From IMG/VR virus record IMGVR_UViG_3300017991_000054: DNA of 64,000 nucleotides; one strand, given 5' to 3'. This document shows, in pieces, positions 31,401 to 41,910 of this stretch; position 1 is the stretch's first letter; every line of letters begins with the position of its first letter. The stretch comes from an uncultured virus (IMG/VR IMGVR_UViG_3300017991_000054) (lineage: Duplodnaviria; Heunggongvirae; Uroviricota; Caudoviricetes). The notes beneath the pieces are model-generated. The model was not told the origin of the DNA. It saw only the letters and a program-made list of their open reading frames with translations, and searched no databases. The translations under genes were made by a program, and so were the position numbers.

Positions 31401-33120
31401 AAAAGTAATAGAGGCTTTACATAAACACACTAAAAATCCATTCCAATTGTACGTTTATGATAATATTACTAACTATAAACTCCAAGAACACTTTGATTAT
31501 TTTTCGAAGTTGTTCCGGGAGGGAATGATTTCCCAAGTTACTTTTAACACAAAAGCGTCTACACATGAAGCTTTCTCGAAAGCTGCAGCATTGAATCAAT
31601 TTGGTCAAAACCATGAGCAAGACCCAAAGAAAGACAAGACTGATTTCTTGTTATTTCTTGATAATGATATGTTAGTTACTCCAGACTGGGATGAAGTAAT
31701 TAAAAAGGCTTGGAGAGATGTCAAACGTCATCGAATGGAGAATGTTAAAGTTATTAGTCAGCATCCTAGCGCCATAAAATTTGGTTCTATTATTTCTACA
31801 AGAATTGCGGGATACAAAGCATACCTTGGTAAATTGGGCGGAAGTGCTTTTTGGACTGTTAGACCAAACTTCTTTAGAGATGTTGGGTATCTTGATCTTG
31901 GTCCATTAGTTGGTCTTTGTAAAAAACACGATCAAAATTACTGGGTTAAGATGGATAGATTAACTAAGGGACAACCTTATATACTTGGAGTTAAAAAAGT
32001 ACTTGCTTTAAATAGTGGAAAATATGTAGGAAGCATTTGTAATGTCATTGGTTTTGGGTCTGACGCAAAAAGAATGGAAAAGATCAAGTATGCTAATTCA
32101 GATCGAAAAGTTGAATCGATGACATTTGATGAATTTTATAACATGGTGAAAGGAGATAAGAGAATCGACAAGAATCCCGTGATAACAGAGGAAGAAAAAT
32201 CCGAGAATATTCATACTCAAAAAACAAAATATGCAATTTTAGCTGGCCCATTTCTCGGTGAGTTTGGATGGGAACTTTTAAGATTTGCGCCTCATGTGTT
32301 ATGGTATAAGAAGCATAAACACAAAGGTGCAAAATTAATAGTATACACTCGGGAAGATCGTTTTGACTTATATGGAAAATACGCTGATGAGTTGATACCG
32401 CTTGAGATTTCAGGTGACTTCCAAAAATATACATCTGATTGTTTAAAACTAACAGGGTTCCCTGATCAAAAATATAAACAACTGGTACATAATTTTCGAG
32501 CGAAATATTCTGCGGAATATACAATTCTCGAACATATAGTCCCAAGGATTGGTGCTAGAAGATATACTGAGAAGGGACAATTCCCAGACGCACAAAAAAT
32601 CTTTAACTTTAAACCCAGACCTCAAAACAAAACATTTGTAGATAAAATGATTCCAAGTGATAAACCAGTAATTGTATTAGGTCCAAGATTTAGACGTCAT
32701 AATAAGAAGAGAAACTGGAATAACTGGAAAGAATTTTACGATTTGATTGAGAATCTTAGAAATAGATATTCCTTTGTGTTATGCGGAAGAGCACCAGAAT
32801 ATATTCCTGATCCAAAAGATAGGTATTATGACATCAACAAATTTCAGTTACCTGCTAATACATCTCTTGTAGGTGTAACAATTGAAGTTTTGAGACGAGC
32901 AATTTTATGTATTGGAAGTCAAAGTGGAATTCCTAATTTATCAAACTTAATTGGAACTCCTACATTACAATGGGGAAATGAAAAGAAACCCCACACAGTA
33001 ACCTACAATGTAAAAAATACACCAACAACTTTTCTAGATGATCCAAAATTTAATATTAAGCCTGATAGAGTTGTTTTAGAAATGAACAGAATTTTAAAGA
33101 AAATGAAGAGGAGAAGATAA
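31354..33120 (+). CDS. two-domain glycosyltransferase (GT2-like + GT9/GT-B-like)
   Basis: N-domain YDN...FLDND; C-domain GEFGWE...RNW...GSQSG...GTP. Confidence 0.7.
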   Translation: MIKIGLCVRNRLAVTKKVIEALHKHTKNPFQLYVYDNITNYKLQEHFDYFSKLFREGMISQVTFNTKASTHEAFSKAAALNQFGQNHEQDPKKDKTDFLLFLDNDMLVTPDWDEVIKKAWRDVKRHRMENVKVISQHPSAIKFGSIISTRIAGYKAYLGKLGGSAFWTVRPNFFRDVGYLDLGPLVGLCKKHDQNYWVKMDRLTKGQPYILGVKKVLALNSGKYVGSICNVIGFGSDAKRMEKIKYANSDRKVESMTFDEFYNMVKGDKRIDKNPVITEEEKSENIHTQKTKYAILAGPFLGEFGWELLRFAPHVLWYKKHKHKGAKLIVYTREDRFDLYGKYADELIPLEISGDFQKYTSDCLKLTGFPDQKYKQLVHNFRAKYSAEYTILEHIVPRIGARRYTEKGQFPDAQKIFNFKPRPQNKTFVDKMIPSDKPVIVLGPRFRRHNKKRNWNNWKEFYDLIENLRNRYSFVLCGRAPEYIPDPKDRYYDINKFQLPANTSLVGVTIEVLRRAILCIGSQSGIPNLSNLIGTPTLQWGNEKKPHTVTYNVKNTPTTFLDDPKFNIKPDRVVLEMNRILKKMKRRR

Positions 33121-33367
33121 TGAACGAAACCGCATGGATGGCAGTTTATGGAAAGCAAGTGCGACAACTTATTACGAACCTTGAGTACTTTGCATTACAA
33201 GGTTCGTCTGATGGTAAACTTAACCTCAGACATAATGTAGAAATGTTAAAGAGTGCATTTGCAGAAATACAAAGGTTAAATGTTGAAATTGAAAATCTCA
33301 AAGCAGAGATTAATAAATTGATGGATCAAATACCATCCGTAAATAACTCATAAGGAGGTGGTCAACG

Positions 33368-34096
33368 TTGGCTAATCCAGCTGATACTTTAAAAGATATG
33401 GTTGATTCTGCAGCTTCTGATGCAGCTGACGTCCAGACATCAATAAACAGTGTTGATGATCAAATTGCTGACTTACAAGAAAAACAAGCAGCATTAGAAT
33501 ACACGATGTCAAGCAGTTGTGATGATTTGGAAAATGATTTACTTCCTGACAAGGGCGATATGGTTCATACATACGGAGATTTTGGTGTATCTAATGCAAC
33601 AGATTGGTATGTTGCAGATATAGATCTTGACAACACCGATACAACTTCAACAAACAATGTAACCTATATATCAAGTACACAATTTACATGCGACGGAAAT
33701 CAAACTACAAAATTTCCTAGTGGTGAAACCATTTTATTTGATGAAGGGGGAACAACATCCCATACAACAATAACAATCTCAGAATATGACACTACAAGTT
33801 ATATAGGATTAACTCTAGTCACTGTTGATGATGCAGTTATTCCTTCTGGAGTTGAGAAAGTTGGAGTGTTAACCTACGAATATAATGGTGTTGGATGGGA
33901 TAGTGATTCTGAAATTCAATCAAGAATTGATGAGTTTGATTTTGCATACGACTATAAAACACAACCAGTAGGTTTAGGTGGTACCTATGGAACCGAAGAT
34001 ATGATTGCAAAATTGTCCGGAGCAAAGGGATTGCTTACTTCAAATCGTGACAAACTCGCCGATTCAGAAACCAAGTTAGCGAGGCATGCATCATGA
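33368..34096 (+). CDS. putative tail/virion protein
   Basis: acidic, Thr/Ser-rich 242 aa next to the PAAR gene; GGAGG SD. Confidence 0.45.
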   Translation: MANPADTLKDMVDSAASDAADVQTSINSVDDQIADLQEKQAALEYTMSSSCDDLENDLLPDKGDMVHTYGDFGVSNATDWYVADIDLDNTDTTSTNNVTYISSTQFTCDGNQTTKFPSGETILFDEGGTTSHTTITISEYDTTSYIGLTLVTVDDAVIPSGVEKVGVLTYEYNGVGWDSDSEIQSRIDEFDFAYDYKTQPVGLGGTYGTEDMIAKLSGAKGLLTSNRDKLADSETKLARHAS

Positions 34097-34216
34097 TAGA
34101 TGTTTTAATTGATTTTGGTCTTTTTATGATTTGTGCTGCAGGATATATAGGGATGATGAATTGTCTGGATAGACGAGAAAGGTATCTATTCTTCAACCGT
34201 ATAAGGAAAATTAGAA

Positions 34217-34522
34217 ATGCCAGCAAACGCAAGACTAACTGATATATGGGTAGGTATATGTTGTTGTCATCCGCCCGCTCCATGCATTCCAATGTCAGGG
34301 CCCATTGTAACTGCGAGCCCAACAAGAACAGTAAACAACCTCGGACAAGCTAGACTTACAGACACTACAATTGGATGGTGTGGACACCCAGGAATTATTG
34401 TAACTGGTAGTCCAACAGCAAAAACTGACAATCTACCTGACGCAAGAATCACTGATTCTGTAACAGGTTGTAATATTGGCGTTATCGTAACAGGTAGTCC
34501 AGATCATACAACGGATGGTTAA
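34217..34522 (+). CDS. PAAR-repeat spike tip protein
   Basis: three ARLTD/ARITD repeats, Cys/His metal ligands, IVTGSP repeats. Confidence 0.85.
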   Translation: MPANARLTDIWVGICCCHPPAPCIPMSGPIVTASPTRTVNNLGQARLTDTTIGWCGHPGIIVTGSPTAKTDNLPDARITDSVTGCNIGVIVTGSPDHTTDG

Positions 34523-35513
34523 TATGCGAATAATTTTTAATTCAATGAATTGCGGGTTAGGAAATAATGGTGGGAGTCTAACAATCATTAAATCAGCTAA
34601 TACATTAGTTGATTTAGGTCATGACGTAACTATAGTTGATACTGGAAAATATTGCAATACTTGGGTACCACTCAAAGCAAAATTTAAGAAAGTTAAATCT
34701 GTCCAAAATATTCCAGCAGCGGAAGCTATTATTGCAACTGGTTATGGTACAGTAAAAACAACGGTTGATGCACCAGACAAATGTGGTTTGAAGATGCATT
34801 GGATCAGGGGTTGGGAAACGTGGAATATGTCAGAAGATAAAATTAAGAAAAAGGTGCTTGACCAACCAACTTTGAAAATGGTGAACTCCACATGTCTCCA
34901 AAAGAAACTTCAAGAATTTGGAAAGAACGCTTATATCATCAGACCTGGTTATGATTTTAATGAAATATTTCCAACTTATGAACGAACAGATAGAGAAATA
35001 GTACTCGGCGGATTGTATAATACAGGAGTAAAAAGAGCAGGAAAGAGAGTGTCATGGATATTCGAAACAGCGAAAAAAATGAAGGAACTTTTTCCGGGGA
35101 CTTTACTATTGACTTTTGGGTCAGATGGGACCCCAAACATGAAACATGTAGATGTATTTGCAAAGGATCCGACAATAGAGCAAAAGAACAAGATGTACAA
35201 CCAAGTGAACATTTGGCTTTCACCTACAGAGTTGGAAGGACTTCACATTCCACCAGCTGAAGCTATGTTAACTTGCTGCCCAGTTGTAGGAACTAATGCT
35301 CCAATGAGTGGAATGCAAGATTATTTGATATCTGGAAAAACAGGACTGGTGTCGGAAAACAATTTAAAATCTTTTATCGACACTGTAGAATTCTTAATGG
35401 AACAACCGGGTAAAAGAAAAAGGATGGGTAATAGAGCGCGTGATATGATCTTGACCTTAGGAAGTAGAGAAGATAATATGAAGAGACTTGTAGATCTTAT
35501 TGGGAGTTTTTAA
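34515..35513 (+). CDS. glycosyltransferase family 4
   Basis: GG...L..LGHDVT; EGLHIPPAEAM...PVV (EX7E). Confidence 0.9.
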   Translation: MVNMRIIFNSMNCGLGNNGGSLTIIKSANTLVDLGHDVTIVDTGKYCNTWVPLKAKFKKVKSVQNIPAAEAIIATGYGTVKTTVDAPDKCGLKMHWIRGWETWNMSEDKIKKKVLDQPTLKMVNSTCLQKKLQEFGKNAYIIRPGYDFNEIFPTYERTDREIVLGGLYNTGVKRAGKRVSWIFETAKKMKELFPGTLLLTFGSDGTPNMKHVDVFAKDPTIEQKNKMYNQVNIWLSPTELEGLHIPPAEAMLTCCPVVGTNAPMSGMQDYLISGKTGLVSENNLKSFIDTVEFLMEQPGKRKRMGNRARDMILTLGSREDNMKRLVDLIGSF

Positions 35514-36421
35514 TGAAGTTTATTATACCTGTTGAAAGTATTATTCAGAATAAAGGTGGAGTAATTGAATATGATCCTATCAATAACAAAATTCTTCGAC
35601 AATATGTACACTCTAAAAAATGGAGGAGATCAGGTTGGAGAGGTGGGATAATTCATAAGGATTATTTAATTGCGACAGATTGGCAAGACCTCCACTACTT
35701 CAACTTGAAAAAGTGGAAGTATGAAAAATCTTATACCCAAACTACTTTTAATGATCTTCATTATCTTACTATCTATGATAATCGACTTTACGTGGTTAAT
35801 ACCGGGTTAGATGCAATTGAAGAAATAAGAAATCCAATGAAACCTGAAGAGGGTCCAAATTTTCTCACGTTTGTTTTCAGTAAAATTCCAGAAATCAAAA
35901 AGAGAAAAATTGATATATGGGAAAAGTGGAATGAGAAATATAAAACAAATCATGTATGTCATCCAAATTGTATCACTATCAAAAAAGGTTTAAAGTTTGT
36001 AACATGTTTTGAGAATGAAAAAAGAGGGAAAAAATCTGGAAAGGTTGTTGAGTTAAGCACACAACAGGTTGTTCTAGATAAACATAATTGTCACGATGGT
36101 AATTTTTATAACGATGATTTTTATTTGTCAGGTACAAGAGAACATCAAATCTATGTTATATATGAACTCTTGGAACAGAAGTGGCCTGTAAAAATTGATA
36201 AGAAGATCAATATTGGAAAACCAGGTTGGTGGCGAGGGATGGTTATCCATAACGATAAAGCATTTATATTTGCTAGTTACGCTTATGGTGAAAATAGTTC
36301 TTGTAAGATGGCGGTAATTGATTTACAAGATCAAAAAACTATTGATATAGTCACTCTACCAAAACATCAAGGAGTTCAGTGGGATACAATTTACCAACCT
36401 AATTTGGCGGGGAAAATATGA
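35513..36421 (+). CDS. beta-propeller-like hypothetical protein
   Basis: repeated GWRG/NDLH/HPN/HDG motifs within the glycan cluster. Confidence 0.45.
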   Translation: MKFIIPVESIIQNKGGVIEYDPINNKILRQYVHSKKWRRSGWRGGIIHKDYLIATDWQDLHYFNLKKWKYEKSYTQTTFNDLHYLTIYDNRLYVVNTGLDAIEEIRNPMKPEEGPNFLTFVFSKIPEIKKRKIDIWEKWNEKYKTNHVCHPNCITIKKGLKFVTCFENEKRGKKSGKVVELSTQQVVLDKHNCHDGNFYNDDFYLSGTREHQIYVIYELLEQKWPVKIDKKINIGKPGWWRGMVIHNDKAFIFASYAYGENSSCKMAVIDLQDQKTIDIVTLPKHQGVQWDTIYQPNLAGKI

Positions 36422-37038
36422 AAGACGTAATTATTGAGAAAGACAAACACTATAAAATAATAAATAAACCAGGGCAGTCAAAAGAACCTACATTCTGGAG
36501 ATATCATGATCCAAGTCATCCAAGACATAAAAGGTATCATAAAAGATTTCCTAGAATATTAGAAAATATTGTAGGTCCAAAACTTCTCGATATTGGTTGT
36601 GGTGCTGGATTGACTTGTTATCTTGCTAGTCAGAGAGATGATATAAAAGAGATAGTTGGAATTGATGTACAGGAATCTGTATTAAAAGACGCTGTAAAAA
36701 ATGTTAAAAGCAAAAAAGTTGAATTCCATCAAGGGTTTGCAGAAGAACTAACCTTCTTAAAAGAATCATTTAATACAGTGACATTAACCGAAACTCTAGA
36801 GCACGTATATAATGTAGATAAAACATTAAAAGAAGCTCATAGGGTTCTGGTACCTGGCGGGACAATTATAATAACTTGTCCATTTAAAGGTCAAACAAGC
36901 GAGCTTCATGTAAGGTCTATTGATAAGAAATATCTAATTCCGAAGGTTGAGAAATACTTTAAAGTTGTAGAATTTGACATTGTCGACTACCCGCACGACA
37001 CTGGACCAAAGGGAGTATTTCTTATAGGAAAAAAATAA
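36418..37038 (+). CDS. class I SAM-dependent methyltransferase
   Basis: LLDIGCGAG, GID, ETLEH, RVL.PGG. Confidence 0.9.
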   Translation: MKDVIIEKDKHYKIINKPGQSKEPTFWRYHDPSHPRHKRYHKRFPRILENIVGPKLLDIGCGAGLTCYLASQRDDIKEIVGIDVQESVLKDAVKNVKSKKVEFHQGFAEELTFLKESFNTVTLTETLEHVYNVDKTLKEAHRVLVPGGTIIITCPFKGQTSELHVRSIDKKYLIPKVEKYFKVVEFDIVDYPHDTGPKGVFLIGKK

Positions 37039-37796
37039 TGATCTTACCTGATTTCATTATAGCTGGGGTAGCAAAGGGCGGAACTACACCATTATGGTAT
37101 AACCTTGACAAACATCCAGAAATTAACATGATGACCAAAAGTAAAACAAGCATTGAAATGAATTTCTGGGGTGGTGGACGAACGTGGGGAAAAGGTCTTG
37201 AATGGTATTCTAGTCGATGTGTTGCCGGAAAATTAAACGGAGAAAAAACACCTCTTTATCTCCAACGAAACTCTAGCATACGGATTATGAACAGGTATAT
37301 TCCAAATGCTAAAATTATTCTATGTTTGAGAAATCCTGTAGATAGAGCTTTTTCGAACTTTCAAATGAATCGAAAGGCAGGAAAAGTATCTGTATTTAAT
37401 TTCAACGTATTTCAAGATCGATATGATGCTGATGGTAGATATTTTGCTAAAATGAAAAAGAATTTATTACCTTTCTTTGATAAATCACAAATTCATATTT
37501 GTATTATGGAATGGATGAAAGCTAATACAACAGAAGAAATGAAAAAGGTTTTTTCTTTTCTTGGGATATCTGATTTAAATCTTCCTCGAAAAGAAGTACA
37601 TGGGGTTATATTACGAAATAGATCAAGACAAGAAGATATTAAAAAAAATAGAGAAGAAAAATATTATCGAGTATGGTCAAAACATAAAGAAAGGTTAGGT
37701 GGTCCACTACGAGAAAAACTTCTTTCTCATTATAAACCCTATAATCAAAAGCTGTTTAAATTTCTTGGACATAAAGTGAAGGAGTGGAATCGTTGA
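37038..37796 (+). CDS. PAPS-dependent sulfotransferase
   Basis: PDFIIAG..KGGTT (5'-PSB), EKTP.Y, LRNPVDRAFS (3'-PB). Confidence 0.9.
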   Translation: MILPDFIIAGVAKGGTTPLWYNLDKHPEINMMTKSKTSIEMNFWGGGRTWGKGLEWYSSRCVAGKLNGEKTPLYLQRNSSIRIMNRYIPNAKIILCLRNPVDRAFSNFQMNRKAGKVSVFNFNVFQDRYDADGRYFAKMKKNLLPFFDKSQIHICIMEWMKANTTEEMKKVFSFLGISDLNLPRKEVHGVILRNRSRQEDIKKNREEKYYRVWSKHKERLGGPLREKLLSHYKPYNQKLFKFLGHKVKEWNR

Positions 37797-38575
37797 TAGT
37801 ACATGCATACTTTACGAATGGATTTTTTGGTTGGGCGAAAATTTTTGTTGAATCATTTAGACATACTAATGGAAATGATATTCGTATATGTTTAGATGGG
37901 AGAGACCTTTCAAATAACCAAATAGACGAATTATCATCTCATAAAAACATCACAATTTACAATCGTGAGTTAAACAAAGAATGGTTAGCAAAACGAGCGG
38001 GAATTGGTGTTAATGAGCTCCTAACCCATAAAGATCAAATAGAAAAAGTTCATGTCACTGATAAAAGTAAAATTTGGAAGTTAATGATTGCTGCTGATGA
38101 TCGAGTTAAGTCGATTAGAGAAGCACTTCATCGATATAAAGATAGTAAACACACTTACATGTTACATTGTGACATTGATCTCTATTTTAGAAATAAGATA
38201 ACAAACCTTTTTAATCTTATAAGGTCTCATGACATTTCTTTTAGATTTAGATTAAACTCTAAACCAAATAGAAAGATTATGATCGGAGTTGAAGGACTTC
38301 ATATAAAGAAATCTATTGCATTTTTAGACCAATGGATTCGATATGTAAATGATGTAAAACCTGCGGATAGACCTTTGGGGTATGGTCAAACGTCCTGTTA
38401 CTATGCTTACAGGGATTTGAAAGATCAATACAAATGGGGAGATATTCCCATAGAATTTATTTCTCCTCATATGAGACCCGACGATATTATATGGAGTGCA
38501 AATACAACAAAAGGCAAAACTGAAAATTTACAAATATGTAGAGACGACTTTAGAAGGTTAAAGAATGAGAGATAG
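37784..38575 (+). CDS. putative GT-A fold glycosyltransferase
   Basis: HCDID DxD motif; cluster context. Confidence 0.5.
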   Translation: MESLIVHAYFTNGFFGWAKIFVESFRHTNGNDIRICLDGRDLSNNQIDELSSHKNITIYNRELNKEWLAKRAGIGVNELLTHKDQIEKVHVTDKSKIWKLMIAADDRVKSIREALHRYKDSKHTYMLHCDIDLYFRNKITNLFNLIRSHDISFRFRLNSKPNRKIMIGVEGLHIKKSIAFLDQWIRYVNDVKPADRPLGYGQTSCYYAYRDLKDQYKWGDIPIEFISPHMRPDDIIWSANTTKGKTENLQICRDDFRRLKNER

Positions 38576-39770
38576 AATAATTGTTTGCGGTGGTGATGGT
38601 TTTTTGGGTTGGGCTATCAGTCTTCGATTATCTCAACAGGGATATGATGTATTCATTGTTGATGATATGTCAAAAAGAGATATCGAGTTATACCTCAATG
38701 TTGAATCATTAACTCCAGTATCTAGTCCAAAAGAAAGATTGGATACATGGAAAGATATAACTGGAAAATCTATTGTATTTTATCCCCTTGATTTGTCAAT
38801 TGATTTTATGAGTTTTCAATTACTGCTTGAAAAACTCCAACCAAAAGCAGTAGTGCATTTAGCAGAACAACCTTCCGCTGCTCTTTCAATGAAAAATCCT
38901 CGTTATAACCAATATACTGTAAATAGAAACCTAGGGGCAACAAATAATATTTTATGTGCTATTGTTGAATCAGGTTTAGATATCCATGTAGTCCATATTG
39001 GGACAATGGGTGTTTACGGTTATGGAACAGCAGGGATGGAAATTCCTGAAGGATATCTACCAATTAAGGTTGAATCTAATGGAACTGAAAAAGAATTAGA
39101 GATTCCATATCCTCCAAACCCTGGAAGTATTTATCACATGACAAAATGTCAAGATGCTTTATTTTTCTATTACTACAATAAAAATAATGACATTAGAATT
39201 ACTGATTTACATCAAGGAATTGTATGGGGAACCCAAACAGAAGAAACTAAATTACACCCACATCTAATCAATAAGTTTTATTACGATGGTAACCTGGGTA
39301 CCGTTTTGAATAGATTTCTAATGCAAGCAGCTATTGAGCATCCACTAACTGTTCATGGAACCGGAGGTCAGACCAGAGCATTTATTCACATTCAAGATAC
39401 AGTAAAATGTATTCAGATGGCAATTGAAAATCCTCCGGAGAAAGGAGATAGAGTTAAGATATTTAATCAGACATCTGAGTGTTTGAATATTAATGATCTT
39501 GCTCTAAAAGTAAGCGAGTTAACTGGGGCGGAAGTCCGTTATTATATTAACCCAAGAAACGAGGATCCTAGAAATGACTTACAAGTAGTTAATCAAGGAT
39601 TTAAAAGCCTTGGGTGGGATCCTATTTATTTGAGTGATGGACTTCTTATGGAAGTAAATGAAATAGCGAAAAAATATAAAGATCGTTGTAATAAAGATGA
39701 AATATTTTGTACCTCGGTATGGAGGAAAGACATACCAATAGACACACAAGGAAAGGAAAAAGGAAAGTGA
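38565..39770 (+). CDS. sqdB: UDP-sulfoquinovose synthase
   Basis: GGDGFLGW, HLAEQ.SA, GTMGVYG, PGSIYHMTK, TDLHQGIVWG, GTVLNRF, PLTVHGTGGQTRAFIH, NPR.E. Confidence 0.92.
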   Translation: MRDRIIVCGGDGFLGWAISLRLSQQGYDVFIVDDMSKRDIELYLNVESLTPVSSPKERLDTWKDITGKSIVFYPLDLSIDFMSFQLLLEKLQPKAVVHLAEQPSAALSMKNPRYNQYTVNRNLGATNNILCAIVESGLDIHVVHIGTMGVYGYGTAGMEIPEGYLPIKVESNGTEKELEIPYPPNPGSIYHMTKCQDALFFYYYNKNNDIRITDLHQGIVWGTQTEETKLHPHLINKFYYDGNLGTVLNRFLMQAAIEHPLTVHGTGGQTRAFIHIQDTVKCIQMAIENPPEKGDRVKIFNQTSECLNINDLALKVSELTGAEVRYYINPRNEDPRNDLQVVNQGFKSLGWDPIYLSDGLLMEVNEIAKKYKDRCNKDEIFCTSVWRKDIPIDTQGKEKGK

Positions 39771-40813
39771 AATGGTTAATTACAGGAGGTTGTGGTTTTA
39801 TTGGGGCTAATTTAGTAAGTAGATTAAGAAAAGATGAAAAGAATAGAATTAGAGTTCTTGACAATCTAAAAGTTGGGTCATTTAAAAATATCACTCCATA
39901 TTCAACCACAGAGTTCTCATCATGTTTTACAGATGTAGAATTAGTTGATGGGGATATTCGAGGTCAAAAAACTGTAGTTGAAGCAGCTAGGGGATCAGAC
40001 GTAATAGTTCATCTAGCAGCTTTACCTGGGGTCAGAGAGTCAGTCCAAGAACCACAACAGTATTTTAATAACAATGTCATTGGTACTTTTAATATTCTAG
40101 AAGCTGCTAGAGTTAACGAGATTACCAATGTAATTTTTGCGTCAAGTGCTGCAGCAGTCGGAGAATGCAAACCACCAGTCAATGAAACTAAATATCAAGA
40201 ACCAATTTCACCTTATGGTGCTACGAAAACTTGTGGTGAAGCATTATGTCATGCATATCATCACTCGTATAAAATGAGTATTTCTTCATTAAGATTTAGC
40301 AATGTATATGGACCATACTCAGCACATAAGACTAGTCTGGTTGCGAAGTTTATTAGAAGAGCCATAAATGGGAAAATACTTCAGATTTATGGTAGTGGTA
40401 ATCAAACAAGAGATTTTATCTATGTAGATGATTTAGTAAGCGCAATTATTAAACTATCCATTCTACCACAATACGGAATATTTCAACTTTCTACAGGAAT
40501 TGAAACTTCTGTTAATAAAGTTGTTAGTGAATTAGTAAGGATGTTAAAAGAAAAAGGCATCGAAGATATTCAATTGGAACATATCTCAGAACAACTTGGA
40601 GATATGAAAACTAACTGGGCAGACAGCAGTAAATTAAGAAAAGCAATCAATTGGAAACCAGAAGTAGATTTAGAAACTGGTTTGTGGAAAACTATAGATT
40701 GGTTTTTCAAACAAAAAAAACGAGCCCCACATAAATCAAAGCAGGGCTCCAAACCTACGGACGACGATTTGCGATTTCGTCGATTCGATCTAAACACCTC
40801 TCGAACCACTTAA
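39767..40813 (+). CDS. NAD-dependent nucleotide-sugar epimerase/dehydratase (GalE-like)
   Basis: TGGCGFIG, HLAA, SS, YGATK (YxxxK), NVYGP, RDFIYVDD; GTG start overlaps sqdB stop. Confidence 0.9.
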   Translation: MKWLITGGCGFIGANLVSRLRKDEKNRIRVLDNLKVGSFKNITPYSTTEFSSCFTDVELVDGDIRGQKTVVEAARGSDVIVHLAALPGVRESVQEPQQYFNNNVIGTFNILEAARVNEITNVIFASSAAAVGECKPPVNETKYQEPISPYGATKTCGEALCHAYHHSYKMSISSLRFSNVYGPYSAHKTSLVAKFIRRAINGKILQIYGSGNQTRDFIYVDDLVSAIIKLSILPQYGIFQLSTGIETSVNKVVSELVRMLKEKGIEDIQLEHISEQLGDMKTNWADSSKLRKAINWKPEVDLETGLWKTIDWFFKQKKRAPHKSKQGSKPTDDDLRFRRFDLNTSRTT

Positions 40814-40826
40814 CTATTCGTTTCAT
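40755..40826 (-). CDS. 23-aa small ORF MKRIVKWFERCLDRIDEIANRRP
   Basis: AGGAG SD upstream; followed by hairpin plus U8 tract on the minus strand (40713-40750). Confidence 0.4.
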   Translation of the reverse strand: MKRIVKWFERCLDRIDEIANRRP

Positions 40827-40838
40827 AATATCACTCCT

Positions 40839-40879
40839 AAAAAAATGGACCCCCTCTGTGTGTAGATAGAGGGGGTCCA
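40839..40879 (-). terminator. intrinsic terminator
   Basis: 12-bp stem TGGACCCCCTCT/AGAGGGGGTCCA with U-run on the minus strand, just after the 336-aa gene. Confidence 0.8.
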
Positions 40880-40899
40880 GTTATGGTGTCTGGCACCGT

Positions 40900-41910
40900 T
40901 TACTTCACAATTCGTTTCAAAGTTTTGGAACCGGCGTAAGCCTGAACCAATTCGTCATCCTGGTACAGAGCAACCTTCACGCTCACAACCTGACCAGCCA
41001 AGTCAACGATGTCTACATTATTGATGTAGATATAATGCTTGTTGACACCGCGTTCCTTGGTTACCCGAAGCTTGGCAATATAACTACCGCTGTCCGGATA
41101 ATCATAGGCGTCCAGGCGATAACCTTCAAAGTCCTTGTCCGGAAGATTGAAGTACTCAATATCATCCGTCAGGTTGAAGGTACCGGCGCACTCATCGTTA
41201 ATAGTCACGATGGCCTTGACTTTACCGTTCTTGAACAGCGTCCAGTCAATCGTCCCACCAGAAGCAATCATTCGAAAAGTTTCGATTCCGGTTCTACCCC
41301 TCAGGGCGTACAGGGTGGAGATGCTCATCGGGTCATAGTCAATGGAAAGATCTGAACAATCGGTCTCATCGGCGGTATCCAGAGGAGCAACCTTCGTGGC
41401 GGCTATAAAAGCCTCAGGAGCGATCTCAGAAAGCGGTTCTATTTCAGGCTCTTCAGCCGGGGTTTCCTCTTCCACTGGCTCCTCGTCAACCGGTTCATCC
41501 ACCGGGTCGTCAGCAGGGGCTTCGTCAACAACATCGTCCATCGTCAAGATGAACTGGTTCCCGTTGATCACGAACCTGTTATCGAAGGCGTCCTTGTTGC
41601 TGTGACCGGTATAGTACCGTTTGTTTTTTCCGTCGGCCCAGAACTTCACGGCCTCGGCATCAAAGTTACCGACATACAGGGTTGCTGTATCACAGGTGTT
41701 ACCGACGATCAAGTCATCACCAGATACAGGGTCAACATAACCAAAGCTGTAGCAACCTTTGTGGCCGCGTTCCACCGTTACGTATGTGTCGCCATTACAG
41801 ATGTAGTCTTTTCCAAGACCACCGGCGTAAGCCCAATCAGTGTCAAGAGTCCAAGGGTTAAACCAAAACAGGGCGCTTGCCAATACGAGAATGCTGAGTA
41901 ATTTTTTCAT
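40900..41910 (-). CDS. secreted/periplasmic protein with acidic Pro-rich linker
   Basis: signal peptide MKKLLSILVLASAL; DEPVDEEPVEEETP linker; visibly higher GC than flanks. Confidence 0.7.
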   Translation of the reverse strand: MKKLLSILVLASALFWFNPWTLDTDWAYAGGLGKDYICNGDTYVTVERGHKGCYSFGYVDPVSGDDLIVGNTCDTATLYVGNFDAEAVKFWADGKNKRYYTGHSNKDAFDNRFVINGNQFILTMDDVVDEAPADDPVDEPVDEEPVEEETPAEEPEIEPLSEIAPEAFIAATKVAPLDTADETDCSDLSIDYDPMSISTLYALRGRTGIETFRMIASGGTIDWTLFKNGKVKAIVTINDECAGTFNLTDDIEYFNLPDKDFEGYRLDAYDYPDSGSYIAKLRVTKERGVNKHYIYINNVDIVDLAGQVVSVKVALYQDDELVQAYAGSKTLKRIVK

